This document shows, piece after piece, positions 19,496 to 29,698 of a stretch of 64,000 bases of DNA. Position 1 is the stretch's first letter. Each line of letters starts with the position of its first letter. The stretch comes from an uncultured Candidatus Saccharibacteria bacterium (GTDB lineage Bacteria; Patescibacteriota; Minisyncoccia; Phycocordibacterales; UBA918), in the NCBI GenBank assembly GCA_964350735.1, contig CAYGKO010000001.1, positions 115,339 through 179,338 on the forward strand, written 5' to 3'. The notes under the pieces are model-generated. The model saw nothing but the letters and a program-made list of their open reading frames with translations, searched no databases and was not told the origin of the DNA. The translations under genes were made by a program, and so were the position numbers.

Positions 19496-20740
19496 CTACT
19501 CAATCGTCAGTACACACAGCTGCTTCTTCCCTCGTTTTAAGAGTGCTAAACCGTTGATGAATAACTCTGTACGCACTAGCGCTTCTACATCAGTCACCTT
19601 TTCACCGTTAATAGATACCGCCCCACTTTCAATAAATGTCCGGGCTTCTCGCTTACTCGAAGCTAATTCTGAATCAACTAGCACATCTACTAAATTACTC
19701 TCGGCTACTGTATTAAAGACAGGGGCATTCGTACGAAGCATCTCTTGTTCATCAACATCTAAATCTGCTACATCACCATTACCAAACAGTAATTCAGAAA
19801 CTTTAGCGGCTGCTGTGGCAGCTGCTGCGCCATGAACGAAAGTAGTCACTTCATCAGCTAGACGTTTTTGGGCAGCCCGAGCACCAGGGTTAGCCGCAAA
19901 ATCCTTCTCCAGAGTCTCAATTTCTTCTAATGAAACAAAAGTGAATCGTTTCAAAAAATCGATTACATTTTCATCAGCAGTGTTAAGCCAAAATTGATAG
20001 AACTGGTACGGACTAGTTTTCTCAGCATCAAGCCAAACTGCATTACCTTCACTTTTACCAAACTTTTTACCGGTTGTTTTATCAATTACTAACGCTTGCG
20101 TCAGAGCATGGACTGTTTTATGTTCTACTCGACGGATTAAATCAACTCCAGCCACAATATTCGCCCACTGATCTGAACCGCCTGTTTGCAAGTCACAACC
20201 ATACTGCCGGTGAAGCATTAGGTAGTCATACGCTTGTAAAAGGGGGTAAGCAAATTCCGTATACGAAATTCCCACCTCTGATTCCATGCGACGGGAAATA
20301 GCATCTTTTTTAACCAACTCATTGATAGTGAAATGCTTACCAATATCCCGCAAGAAATCAATCAAACCAACCTGACTCAGCCAGTCATTATTGTTTACAA
20401 ACTCAATATTCTTAGTACCAAGCAAATGTTCGGCTTGGGCTTTGAGTTTTGCTACATTAGTATCAATCACTGTAGTCGCAGTCAGTGTACGTTCTGCGTC
20501 AGGTTTTGGATCACCGATCCGGCCAGTACCGCCCCCAACAAGAAAAATTATCTTATGTCCGGCATTAGCAAGATGTCGTAATAAAATCCACTGTACAAAG
20601 TTTCCAGCATGAGCAGAATCAGCACTTGGATCTATCCCGTGGTACACCACTCGTTTCTGCTCATCTACAATTTCCTCAATGCTTTCACCAGCAATTTGAT
20701 TAATAAAACCTCTGACTTTTAATTCTTCTGATAGTTTCAT
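19496..20740 (-). CDS. tyrS: Tyrosine-tRNA ligase
   Basis: GIDPSADSAHAGN, GGSDQWAN, KFGKS, C-terminal S4 domain. Confidence 0.96.
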   Translation of the reverse strand: MKLSEELKVRGFINQIAGESIEEIVDEQKRVVYHGIDPSADSAHAGNFVQWILLRHLANAGHKIIFLVGGGTGRIGDPKPDAERTLTATTVIDTNVAKLKAQAEHLLGTKNIEFVNNNDWLSQVGLIDFLRDIGKHFTINELVKKDAISRRMESEVGISYTEFAYPLLQAYDYLMLHRQYGCDLQTGGSDQWANIVAGVDLIRRVEHKTVHALTQALVIDKTTGKKFGKSEGNAVWLDAEKTSPYQFYQFWLNTADENVIDFLKRFTFVSLEEIETLEKDFAANPGARAAQKRLADEVTTFVHGAAAATAAAKVSELLFGNGDVADLDVDEQEMLRTNAPVFNTVAESNLVDVLVDSELASSKREARTFIESGAVSINGEKVTDVEALVRTELFINGLALLKRGKKQLCVLTIE

Positions 20741-20824
20741 AGTTTCATGTACTCTACCACACATCCGTAGCAATATATCTAGACAGGGCGTGCTACTATA
20801 GCTATATTGCTGAGCGAATACTCT

Positions 20825-23044
20825 ATGAAAAAGGTTAAAAAATGGCTTAAAAACAATTGGTTGGAAGTGTTGATAGACGGCACAATCGCTGTTTTTGTGA
20901 TTGGGTTACTCTCTGTGGGTGGAATTCTACTCTGGATTTCATCTTTTGATATTCCAGACCTCTCTTCATTTGAAGAACGGCGTATCCTCCAATCAACCAA
21001 GATTTATGACCGAACTGGTGAAATCCTTTTATATGACCTCCATCAAGATGTGAAACGTACTATTGTCCCCTACGATGAGATTTCGTATCACATCAAGAAT
21101 GCTACCGTCGCGATCGAAGACGATCAATTTTATGAGCATTTCGGGATCGACCTTATGGCCATTGCCCGCGCTGCTATCACCAACCTCACTCAGGGCGACC
21201 TACTGGGTGGACAAGGTGGCTCTACTATTACCCAACAAGTAATTAAAAACTCAGTTCTACAGCAAGAAAAGAAACTAACGCGAAAAATTAAAGAAGCAAT
21301 TCTTTCAATCCGCCTTGAACAAGTCCTCACGAAAGACGAAATTCTTGGTCATTACCTTAATGAATCTCCATATGGAGGAACTATTTATGGTGTCGAGGAA
21401 GCCAGCCAAGCTTTTTTTGGTAAGTCTTCTCGCGATATTACACTTCCTGAAGCAGCGTATCTATCAGCTCTTCCCCAAGCACCCACCTATCTTTCTCCTT
21501 ATGGGAACAATCGAACCGTGTTGGAGCGTCGTAAGAATTTAGTCTTAGACCGGATGCTCCTTAATGGTTTTATAAATGAGACTGAGCATGCATCTGCTAC
21601 TGAAGCAGTGATTGAATTTAAACCTCAGGCTGTCACCGGTATCCGTGCTCCGCACTTTGTGATGTATATCCGCGAACAACTTGCAGAGCAGTACGGTGAA
21701 GAAACGTTAGCCGAACGTGGCTTTAGAGTTATCACTACTCTCGACTGGGAACTACAGGAAGTAGCTGAAACTATCGTGGCAGAAAAAACAGTCATTAATG
21801 TAGAAAAATATGACGCTACCAACGCTGGATTGGTCGCAGTCGATCCCCAAACTGGTGACATTCTTACGATGGTTGGCTCACGTAATTATTTTGATAAAGA
21901 AATTGATGGAAACTTTAATGTCGCTCTCGCCCCTCGCCAGCCCGGATCTTCTATTAAACCGTATGTATACGCCTCAGCCTTTTCAAAAGGGTACACTCCA
22001 GAAACAATCCTTTATGATGTCCGCACCCAATTCGGGAGTGGATGTGAACCATGGGAAATATCTTCCAAATCACCTTGTTATTCACCAAGTAACTACAATA
22101 ATGTATTCGTCGGTCCAATCACTATGCGTAACGCTCTAGCGCAGTCTTTAAACATCCCCGCTGTTAAAACCCTGTACTTAACTGGACTTTCAGATGCTAT
22201 TAAAATAGCTGGTGACTTAGGGGTTACCACTTTAAATGACCCTGATCGACTGGGACTCACACTAGTGCTTGGTGGTGGTGAAGTTAAGTTACTTGAACAC
22301 GTTGGAGCTTATGGAACTTTTGCTAACGAGGGTGTGCTCGCTAAACGACGTTCCATTCTTCGAGTTGAAGATGCTCAAGGAAACCTTATTGATGAAAACC
22401 CTATTGTGACTGAGAGAATCCTTGACCGAGAAGTAGCCCTACAACTTACTGATGTATTATCAGATAATGTTGCTCGCTCTCCACTTTGGGGAAACTTTTC
22501 ATTAGTTAACTTTGGCGCTCGAGATGTGGCTCTAAAATCTGGTAGTACCAACAACCTTCGTGATGCTTGGCTTATGGGGTATGCACCAAATTTAGCTGTT
22601 GGGGTTTGGGTTGGAAATAATGACAACTCCCCTATGGGCGGTGGTCTATCTGGTCTTATCGCAACACCAATGTGGCGAGCATTTATGGATGAAGCCCTGG
22701 CTAAAATTCCAACCGAAAGTTTTGCCGAACCGAAAGCTCCGAGTGCTAACCTAAAACCTGTTTTACGTGGTCAAAATATTGATACAACAAAAATAATTAC
22801 TGATCTTATTTCTGAAGGTGGTGATGTGCGTGATCTAAATCTATCAACTTTAACTAATAACATTCATTCCATCTTACATTTTGTAATAAAAAAAGATCCA
22901 CAAGGAGCATACCCAACCAACCCACAACAAGACTCACAATATAAAAACTGGGAATATGCAGTTCAAAAATGGAAAGAGGAAGAATATGGTGCTTTATTGA
23001 ACTCAATTCAAAATGACGGAGAAGATAACGATGGAGAAAACTAA
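20825..23044 (+). CDS. Class A penicillin-binding protein (PBP1A family)
   Basis: IEDDQFYEHFG, GGSTITQQ, RKIKE, SSIK, SLN, KSG. Confidence 0.93.
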   Translation: MKKVKKWLKNNWLEVLIDGTIAVFVIGLLSVGGILLWISSFDIPDLSSFEERRILQSTKIYDRTGEILLYDLHQDVKRTIVPYDEISYHIKNATVAIEDDQFYEHFGIDLMAIARAAITNLTQGDLLGGQGGSTITQQVIKNSVLQQEKKLTRKIKEAILSIRLEQVLTKDEILGHYLNESPYGGTIYGVEEASQAFFGKSSRDITLPEAAYLSALPQAPTYLSPYGNNRTVLERRKNLVLDRMLLNGFINETEHASATEAVIEFKPQAVTGIRAPHFVMYIREQLAEQYGEETLAERGFRVITTLDWELQEVAETIVAEKTVINVEKYDATNAGLVAVDPQTGDILTMVGSRNYFDKEIDGNFNVALAPRQPGSSIKPYVYASAFSKGYTPETILYDVRTQFGSGCEPWEISSKSPCYSPSNYNNVFVGPITMRNALAQSLNIPAVKTLYLTGLSDAIKIAGDLGVTTLNDPDRLGLTLVLGGGEVKLLEHVGAYGTFANEGVLAKRRSILRVEDAQGNLIDENPIVTERILDREVALQLTDVLSDNVARSPLWGNFSLVNFGARDVALKSGSTNNLRDAWLMGYAPNLAVGVWVGNNDNSPMGGGLSGLIATPMWRAFMDEALAKIPTESFAEPKAPSANLKPVLRGQNIDTTKIITDLISEGGDVRDLNLSTLTNNIHSILHFVIKKDPQGAYPTNPQQDSQYKNWEYAVQKWKEEEYGALLNSIQNDGEDNDGEN

Positions 23045-23361
23045 ATAAAGTCTTTCGGCGCCCCATCTGCACCTAGCCGTCCTTTTAAATGAGTGAGTAT
23101 CTCTTTTTTATGTAACAGAAGTTCTGATTTCAACGGCCCGCCAGATTTCAAAGTAATTATCCGAGTACTTGGTTTATATGACACATTACTCTCTTTAACT
23201 GCAATATCTAAAAGATCAGCTACAACCTCGACAAATGCTTTTCGCACACTTGCTTCTGGGGCTTTTAGAATGTTTTTATACTTAGCAAACAAATCCCCCA
23301 CCTTCACAACCTCACCACGACCAAACCTTCGCTGCTCTTTAGTTTTCTTAAAGGCAGACAT
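23041..23361 (-). CDS. Probable DciA/DUF721-like helicase loader
   Basis: Translationally coupled to dnaN; ITLKSGGPLKSELLLHKKEIL resembles the DciA KH-like fold. Confidence 0.55.
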   Translation of the reverse strand: MSAFKKTKEQRRFGRGEVVKVGDLFAKYKNILKAPEASVRKAFVEVVADLLDIAVKESNVSYKPSTRIITLKSGGPLKSELLLHKKEILTHLKGRLGADGAPKDFI

Positions 23362-24455
23362 TACTTATTCATTGGCATCACAAGATATCGAAGTGACTTA
23401 TCATTCACTCCTTCCATCACCATTGGGCGTCCGATACCAGCCATATGTAATACGATACTATCGTCACTAATATGACTTAAAGGTTCTGATACATACCGCT
23501 GATTGAAACTTAAAGTGAGTTCATCACCTTCAGTACTTGCTCGTACGGATTCGGTAGTTGTTCCAACCTCACCACTATTAGCTGAGACTGTGATTGAGTC
23601 TTTTGTGACATGCACACCAACTTGAAAGAATTTATTTAAAAAGATATTCGTCTTCTTAAATGCGTGACTAAGATCATTTTTAACCAACGTTGAATGGGTG
23701 ACGTATTCTTTTGGAATAATCTGCTCATAATCCGGAAATGAGCCTGTGGTAAGACGTGAGGTTATGTATACCCCATCAGAAAATTCTAAAGAAAACTGAT
23801 TTTCATTAACTCGACAAACTGGGTCAGTATCTTTCATATCACAAACCCTCGATAATTCGACAGCATTCTTTTGTGGTAGTAATATTGACTCTTCAAAAAT
23901 AACTCCTTTTTGCGGCACTGTTTTCTCCATCAAACGAAACGAGTCTGTTGTAACAAAAGTAAGGCTTTGTTCTTTCTTTTGAAACACATAAATACTTCCA
24001 AGCTCTGGTTTAATTGAAGATTGTGAAGCAGCAAAGGCTGTTGTTTTTATACCTAGAGAGAATAAATTATTATTTATCACTTGTCCTTCGGTTGTAAGTC
24101 TCGGGATAGTTGGAAACTCTTCATGTGGAATACTTTTAAGCGTGGTTTCAGAACCAGTCCCTTCAACTACTAGCGAATTATCTTCAACTTTTAAGGTAAC
24201 TTCTTTTTGAGTATGAAGATTTATTATTTGAATCAAGGTACTAGCCGGAACGGCAACACAACCAGTCTCAACAATAGTTGCTTTGATTTCAGTTTCAATC
24301 CCTATTTCAAGATTTGTTGCTTTAAGTACACACGTCCCTTTATTCACTTCAAATACCACACATTGAAGAACTGGGAGTGTTACATGTTTTGTACTAACTC
24401 TTCCAACGAGATCTAATTTTTCTTTTAACTCCAAAGTATCAACCGTAATGTGCAT
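23361..24455 (-). CDS. dnaN: DNA polymerase III beta clamp
   Basis: LPVL, ATNLE, TDSFRL, FPDYEQIIP, YLVMPM. Confidence 0.96.
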   Translation of the reverse strand: MHITVDTLELKEKLDLVGRVSTKHVTLPVLQCVVFEVNKGTCVLKATNLEIGIETEIKATIVETGCVAVPASTLIQIINLHTQKEVTLKVEDNSLVVEGTGSETTLKSIPHEEFPTIPRLTTEGQVINNNLFSLGIKTTAFAASQSSIKPELGSIYVFQKKEQSLTFVTTDSFRLMEKTVPQKGVIFEESILLPQKNAVELSRVCDMKDTDPVCRVNENQFSLEFSDGVYITSRLTTGSFPDYEQIIPKEYVTHSTLVKNDLSHAFKKTNIFLNKFFQVGVHVTKDSITVSANSGEVGTTTESVRASTEGDELTLSFNQRYVSEPLSHISDDSIVLHMAGIGRPMVMEGVNDKSLRYLVMPMNK

Positions 24456-24499
24456 AGCTGTGCATTAATTTTTTATTTAAAACTATTATACGCTGTATT

Positions 24500-24760
24500 A
24501 TTAGCCCTGTGGATCTGTGTATATCTCAAATCTATGGCCTACTACATAGCTATATTTTAAGCCTTATTTTTGGTAACTACTCGAACTACTAATCCAAAAC
24601 TGTTGATTGTCTGTGTATAAGTGAGGTGGTTTTCTGTTTCTGGGGATAAGGTAGGTAGTTTTCCTCAGGGACGCAGTAGTTGTTGTAATTGTTTTAATAA
24701 ACTTGTCCCGACTGTACGCAGTACTTACTCAAGTTTTATACCCACATAGTAGTGGATAAG
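24500..24760. promoter_or_regulatory. oriC, dnaA-dnaN intergenic part
   Basis: DnaA-box-like TGTGTATAA 24612, TGGGGATAA 24641, AGTGGATAA 24751, weaker boxes at 24508, 24516, 24736; TAG/TTG trio-like run near 24676. Confidence 0.8.
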
Positions 24761-24791
24761 AAAAATGCTGACTTGTAAGTCAGCATTTTTC

Positions 24792-26174
24792 TTATTTGAG
24801 TAGGAGTCTAATTTGCGTAATTTCTTCTTCGAGCTCGTTGTTATCTTTAAGGTCATTTTTTACCTTTTCACATGAGTGAATTACAGTTGTATGATCACGA
24901 CCCCCCATTTTTTGTCCAATGGCTGGGTATGAGACTTGGAAATCTTCACGCAAGATATACATAATGAGCTGGCGAGGCTTCACTACCTCTTTACGACGAG
25001 TTTTTTCGTAGATTGATGACGGATCAATGTCGAAGTAGCGAGCGACTTTATCTACGACATCAGAAACAGCGAGGGTTTTCCGAGGCCGGGTGCTATTTTT
25101 GATGATCTGTTTTACCTCATCAAGTGAAAGGGTCCGCCCAAGTAGTTGTGACTGACACATAATAGTGTTTAAAGCTCCTTCTAATTCTCGGATGTTCCCT
25201 TCAATGGTGTGCGCAAGATGTTCGACCACATCGTCACTAAGTGAAATACTATTTTGAGCTGCTTTAGCTTTAAGGATTGCTGCTCGCGATTCGAGATCTG
25301 GCGCTGGGATATCAACAATCATCCCTTGAGCGAAGCGCGACTGTAGTCGTTCTTCCATTCCATTAAGTAACGCTGGGTGGATGTCACTTGAAAATACAAT
25401 TTGTTTGTTTGTGTCGTGTAGAGCATTAAACAGGTGAAATAATTCCTCCTGCGTCTTCTCTTTGTTAGTTAAAAACTGGACATCATCCATGATAAGAGCA
25501 TCATATTGACGGTACTTGTCTTTGAAGCTATTGGCGGTTCCGTTTTGTAGAGAGTTGAAATAATCAACAGTAAACCGCTCACTCGTGACATAAAATACTT
25601 TTTTACCCTGTCGCTTCAGGTGATTGCCTACTGCCTGGATGAGGTGGGTTTTACCATGGCCGGTTTTACCGTAGATAAACAATGGATTATAAGTGATACC
25701 TGGTTTTTCACTCACTGTTTTTGCTGCAGTATGAGCTAAAGCATTAAAAGGTCCGATTACAAACGTGTCAAAAATATACTTCGGGTTAAGGTTGTCACTC
25801 TTATTGATGTAATACTCCTCTAGGGGTAGGGCTGCGTTTACGGTTTGTTGTTTTGTTTCTTGCCGCTTGTCATTTCGTTGTACGACAGCGTACTCAATGC
25901 TTCGCACGTGTGGAGTGAGGTCCCGCAGGGTTTTAAGGATGAGTGACTGGAATTTATCCGAAAGCCAATCTCGGACAAATACACTCGGGACACCGATAGT
26001 GATAGTTCCGTCTTCAAGCGAAACAATGTGGGTATCTTTAAACCAAGTTTTGAAATTGGCGGGAGTAATTGAAAGTTCGACAGAGACTAAAGCATCATCC
26101 CACAGCTTTTTTACATCAACTTGTTCAGTTTCAATGATGCTATTACGAGACGAAGAGTGTGTAGTGGGATTCAT
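24792..26174 (-). CDS. dnaA: Chromosomal replication initiator DnaA
   Basis: YNPLFIYG.TGHGKTHL, DDVQFL, NIRELEGAL, GGRDHTTVIH. Confidence 0.97.
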   Translation of the reverse strand: MNPTTHSSSRNSIIETEQVDVKKLWDDALVSVELSITPANFKTWFKDTHIVSLEDGTITIGVPSVFVRDWLSDKFQSLILKTLRDLTPHVRSIEYAVVQRNDKRQETKQQTVNAALPLEEYYINKSDNLNPKYIFDTFVIGPFNALAHTAAKTVSEKPGITYNPLFIYGKTGHGKTHLIQAVGNHLKRQGKKVFYVTSERFTVDYFNSLQNGTANSFKDKYRQYDALIMDDVQFLTNKEKTQEELFHLFNALHDTNKQIVFSSDIHPALLNGMEERLQSRFAQGMIVDIPAPDLESRAAILKAKAAQNSISLSDDVVEHLAHTIEGNIRELEGALNTIMCQSQLLGRTLSLDEVKQIIKNSTRPRKTLAVSDVVDKVARYFDIDPSSIYEKTRRKEVVKPRQLIMYILREDFQVSYPAIGQKMGGRDHTTVIHSCEKVKNDLKDNNELEEEITQIRLLLK

Positions 26175-26278
26175 ACCAATCAAACAGACGTTTAAGGTAA
26201 GAAGCATTATACGCGTCTTCAGGCGGCTGTAAACTTTTCGAGTAAAAACTTTTGTTTTTCTATACGCTGCACGTCAAG

Positions 26279-26309
26279 TGTGTATAACTTGTGTAAAACA
26301 TATGTATAA
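26279..26309. promoter_or_regulatory. DnaA box cluster upstream of dnaA
   Basis: TGTGTATAA, TGTGTAAAA and TATGTATAA at 11-bp spacing. Confidence 0.7.
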
Positions 26310-26388
26310 GTTTTTCGGGTGTACTTCTTATTATTTCCTATTGAAAAAATATTTGTTTCCTGTATAGTACCCCGGTAATAAAACGTAT

Positions 26389-26538
26389 ATGCCTAAACGA
26401 ACCTATCAACCGAGCCAAAAAAAGCGCATGACTACTCATGGCTTCTTGGTTCGTTCAAAAAGTAAGAATGGCGCAGCTATTCTAAAGCGCCGCCGACAAA
26501 AGGGTCGAGCACAGCTTACAGTGAAAAAGAGTCGCTAA
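26389..26538 (+). CDS. rpmH: 50S ribosomal protein L34 (not in ORF track)
   Basis: [45 protein letters not shown]. Confidence 0.96.
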   Translation: MPKRTYQPSQKKRMTTHGFLVRSKSKNGAAILKRRRQKGRAQLTVKKSR

Positions 26539-26586
26539 GCGACTCTTTTTCGTAGTGGTATATACTACATTCAACGTCAACTACGT

Positions 26587-26925
26587 ATGTTGAAGAAAAC
26601 TGAGCGTCTCACAAAAAAAGAGTTTGATAAGTATTTTAAGTCTGGAAAGCGCATCCATGGTGATTTATTACAACTCATCTATTCCCCGGCTATAAATTTT
26701 AATGGAGCTGTTGTCGTCGGAAAGAAGGTACATAAAAAGGCTGTCGACCGAAACAAGCAGCGTCGTCGAATTTATAATGCGTTATATCAAATACATACAG
26801 ATCAAGAACTGAGAGGGGTGTATATCTGTATAGCAAAACCTAAAGCCGCTACAGCTTCATATTCTGACTTTAAAACTGAGCTTCTGAGTGCTATTGGTCG
26901 CCTCCATAAAACTAAGGTAGAATAG
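26587..26925 (+). CDS. rnpA: RNase P protein component
   Basis: ERL...VGKKVHKKAVDRNKQRRR; synteny. Confidence 0.93.
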   Translation: MLKKTERLTKKEFDKYFKSGKRIHGDLLQLIYSPAINFNGAVVVGKKVHKKAVDRNKQRRRIYNALYQIHTDQELRGVYICIAKPKAATASYSDFKTELLSAIGRLHKTKVE

Positions 26926-26932
26926 CCGCATT

Positions 26933-27670
26933 ATGTTTAGTTATATTTGGCACACGTTTTTCTTCGACCCAGTGTACAACGGTCTAGTTTTCTTCATTGA
27001 TATTATTCCTGGCGGCGATATTGGTTTAGCCATCATCGCGATTACAGTAGTGGTGAAGTTGCTCTTACTCCCTCTCTCAGTGAAAGCGGCCAAGACGCAG
27101 GTGATTATGCGCGAGTTGGAGCCAAAGCTTAAAGAGATCAAAGAGAAGTTTAAAGATAAGCGTGAAGAACAAGCGCGAGCGATGATGGATCTGTATAAAG
27201 AAGCTGGACTGAATCCGTTTGCCAGTATCCTTCTAATTTTGATTCAGTTGCCAATTATTTTTGCCCTCTACTTTTCAGTTTATAGTGGTGGTGGTGTAGC
27301 GTTGCCTGAAATCAACACGGCTCTTTTATATAGTTTTATTCCCACTCCTGAGTTTGTCAGTATGATCTTCTTAGGAACGATTGATATAGCAGCTAAAAGC
27401 TGGCCCCTTGCCCTCTTAGCTGGAGTCACGCAGTTTATTCAATCACACCTAGCTATTCCTAAACCTACTCCTCGTGAACCAGGGGCTGAGCCAAGTCTTA
27501 AAGATGACTTTGCGCGTAGTATGCAGCTCCAAATGCGCTATGTAATGCCTGTGTTGATTGGTTTTGTAGCGTACTACATCTCAGCCGCCATCGCTCTATA
27601 TTTTGTAGTCAGTAATATCGTTGCTATCGCTCAAGAGCTGTACGTTCGAAAGTACAAGAGACAGAATTAA
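26933..27670 (+). CDS. yidC: Membrane protein insertase YidC
   Basis: LLPL, LYKEAGLNP, IQLPI, ALYFVVSN. Confidence 0.92.
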   Translation: MFSYIWHTFFFDPVYNGLVFFIDIIPGGDIGLAIIAITVVVKLLLLPLSVKAAKTQVIMRELEPKLKEIKEKFKDKREEQARAMMDLYKEAGLNPFASILLILIQLPIIFALYFSVYSGGGVALPEINTALLYSFIPTPEFVSMIFLGTIDIAAKSWPLALLAGVTQFIQSHLAIPKPTPREPGAEPSLKDDFARSMQLQMRYVMPVLIGFVAYYISAAIALYFVVSNIVAIAQELYVRKYKRQN

Positions 27671-28494
27671 GGTTTTACACAAACATATTCTGTTAGAGAA
27701 CCGACGGTCATTTCTCTTATTTCATTACCGGTTTCAGTTGCAAGTGTGGCACCTTCACATTCGTCATACCAAATATCTATAATTTCATTCTTCTCATCAA
27801 TTGATCGGCCTTCAAATTCACTAACATTAAATCTTTTAACTACTGATTTAAACTCACCAGCCTCAATTCTTTTTTGCTCTTCTTCAGCAATCACTTCACG
27901 CTCTTCTTTTGTTTTAGATAGGGTTCCAAAACTACTATCGATACACTCATATCCACTGGGAATACTGGGGTTTTTGGTATAAGTTTGATTGCAGCCACAT
28001 ACACCACCTGCTTTGGATTGGTCACAGGCTGCGTCTCGTTCTGCCCTGAATTCTATCCCCACCTCCCCCCGCGCATTAAACACACAGCCCGGCTTTGGGT
28101 TATTAGGGTCTGAAGAATCCTTCGGGCTACATATCTCTTCTAAGGCTGTAAAGTCTGTCAGCTTTGGATTAATGGTCTCTAAAATTAACACTGCTCCCAG
28201 CACAATCAGTAACCCTAACAACGCACCTTGAATTTGCTTCTTAGCCGCTCCTTTATCAGTTACCACGTCACTCAACATGTACTGAACACCAGCTAAAATG
28301 ATTCGGACTACCGCTAAGAACGCAGCGACTGAGATAGATAGAATGTAGAGTGCGTTGATGTAGCCAGCGGTAGAGAGATTGTTGGGATCGAGGCCGGGGA
28401 TGCCGACGAGTTGCACAAACCCCTCAGCCAAAACAAAATTTGGTAGGAGTAATAAAAAATTAATGAGGATTATTTTAGGAACCAATGAGATCAT
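27667..28494 (-). CDS. VirB2/TrbC-like pilin with Cys-rich C-terminal extension (copy A)
   Basis: Signal peptide, two TM helices with AG.QY and AKKQI..A..GL, INP motif. Confidence 0.7.
   Translation of the reverse strand: MISLVPKIILINFLLLLPNFVLAEGFVQLVGIPGLDPNNLSTAGYINALYILSISVAAFLAVVRIILAGVQYMLSDVVTDKGAAKKQIQGALLGLLIVLGAVLILETINPKLTDFTALEEICSPKDSSDPNNPKPGCVFNARGEVGIEFRAERDAACDQSKAGGVCGCNQTYTKNPSIPSGYECIDSSFGTLSKTKEEREVIAEEEQKRIEAGEFKSVVKRFNVSEFEGRSIDEKNEIIDIWYDECEGATLATETGNEIREMTVGSLTEYVCVKP
28067..28411. repeat. 345-bp exact direct repeat, copy 1
   Basis: Identical on base-by-base comparison to 30057-30401. Confidence 0.92.
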
Positions 28495-29641
28495 ATTGCC
28501 AAAGTGTGCCATCAATTTTATTTACAAAATATAATACCCCACCCTCTTCATTCATCTGAGTAACATCAATCGGTCGATTAGAGGTGCTAAAAAGATCAAT
28601 TTTTAAGGTAGATATTCCAGTTACTAAGTTAGTTTCCCAAATAATATCTTGTGAGTTTCTATTTCCTTTATACCAATTTTCGATATAGTCCGGAGTAAGC
28701 TGTTCGGATGGTGATGCACACCATAGTGTACTGCCAATTGCGTCGCATTTTTCCGGCAGAGGTACTATCGCTAATTCAATTAAGTCAGGAAATATTTGAG
28801 CACGAGCGACTCCATATAATACTTCACCATCAGTTTCTGTAGTGATGAAATGGTCGCTGGTTGGAAACCCAACAAAACCAAAACTACTTGGAGTGACTGC
28901 TTCGAGGCTATTATTAGTTGCTTTGTATAAACTTCCTTCTAATAACTCACTCGACTTTGGATGCACAAAAACTTCTGACCCACTTTGGTAGATAATCACA
29001 TCTTGTAAACTCAGGCTCTGACTTTGGTTTTGTTCGAGCGTCTCACCATTAAAGGTAAATAACCCACTCCCCGTAGTAGTATTGGTTGAGTAACTAATCG
29101 TATTATCCCCAACAGATATATTCTCTATATTAATTGGTAGTGATCGACCAACAACAGAACCACTGCTGCCAGAGATTTCTATCCTTCCGAAAAATGTTTC
29201 ACGGATATATCCAGATTCGGATACTAAGGCCACGTATTCACCGCTGGTTGAAAAATAGGCTTCAGTGACTCGAGGAATAGTGGTGCCTGAGATTCGTCTC
29301 TCTTCCCCAGAGTCTAGGTTAATTTCGTAAATATGCCCAGTTCCATTCTCTGCGTATCGCACAAATAAAGAGGAAGTGCTTGAAACCACAGTGAAGCCTG
29401 CTACCGGCCGGAGCGTTAGTTGGCGGAGCGCTTCGCCAGAAACATCAATTAATACATCAGGATCTGGATTAACAGGATCAATCAAAATTGGATTTTCTGG
29501 TTGCTCTGTAATATCAAAACCAAAGTTTGAGAAGATACTCGTCCCAGTCTCATCAGTGTTAAAGAACATTAAGTATGCCCATAGCCCTAGTACTAGGAAT
29601 ATTACGACTATTCCAGCGATAATAAAAAGAGGTTTTTTCAC
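28475..29641 (-). CDS. Membrane-anchored extracellular protein, probably beta-propeller-like
   Basis: N-terminal TM, repeated beta-rich segments, GTG start. Confidence 0.7.
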   Translation of the reverse strand: MKKPLFIIAGIVVIFLVLGLWAYLMFFNTDETGTSIFSNFGFDITEQPENPILIDPVNPDPDVLIDVSGEALRQLTLRPVAGFTVVSSTSSLFVRYAENGTGHIYEINLDSGEERRISGTTIPRVTEAYFSTSGEYVALVSESGYIRETFFGRIEISGSSGSVVGRSLPINIENISVGDNTISYSTNTTTGSGLFTFNGETLEQNQSQSLSLQDVIIYQSGSEVFVHPKSSELLEGSLYKATNNSLEAVTPSSFGFVGFPTSDHFITTETDGEVLYGVARAQIFPDLIELAIVPLPEKCDAIGSTLWCASPSEQLTPDYIENWYKGNRNSQDIIWETNLVTGISTLKIDLFSTSNRPIDVTQMNEEGGVLYFVNKIDGTLWQYDLIGS

Positions 29642-29698
29642 GTATATAGTATACCAAGCTAGTTAACGGTAGTTTTGTATCATTCGGGATAGGTATTG

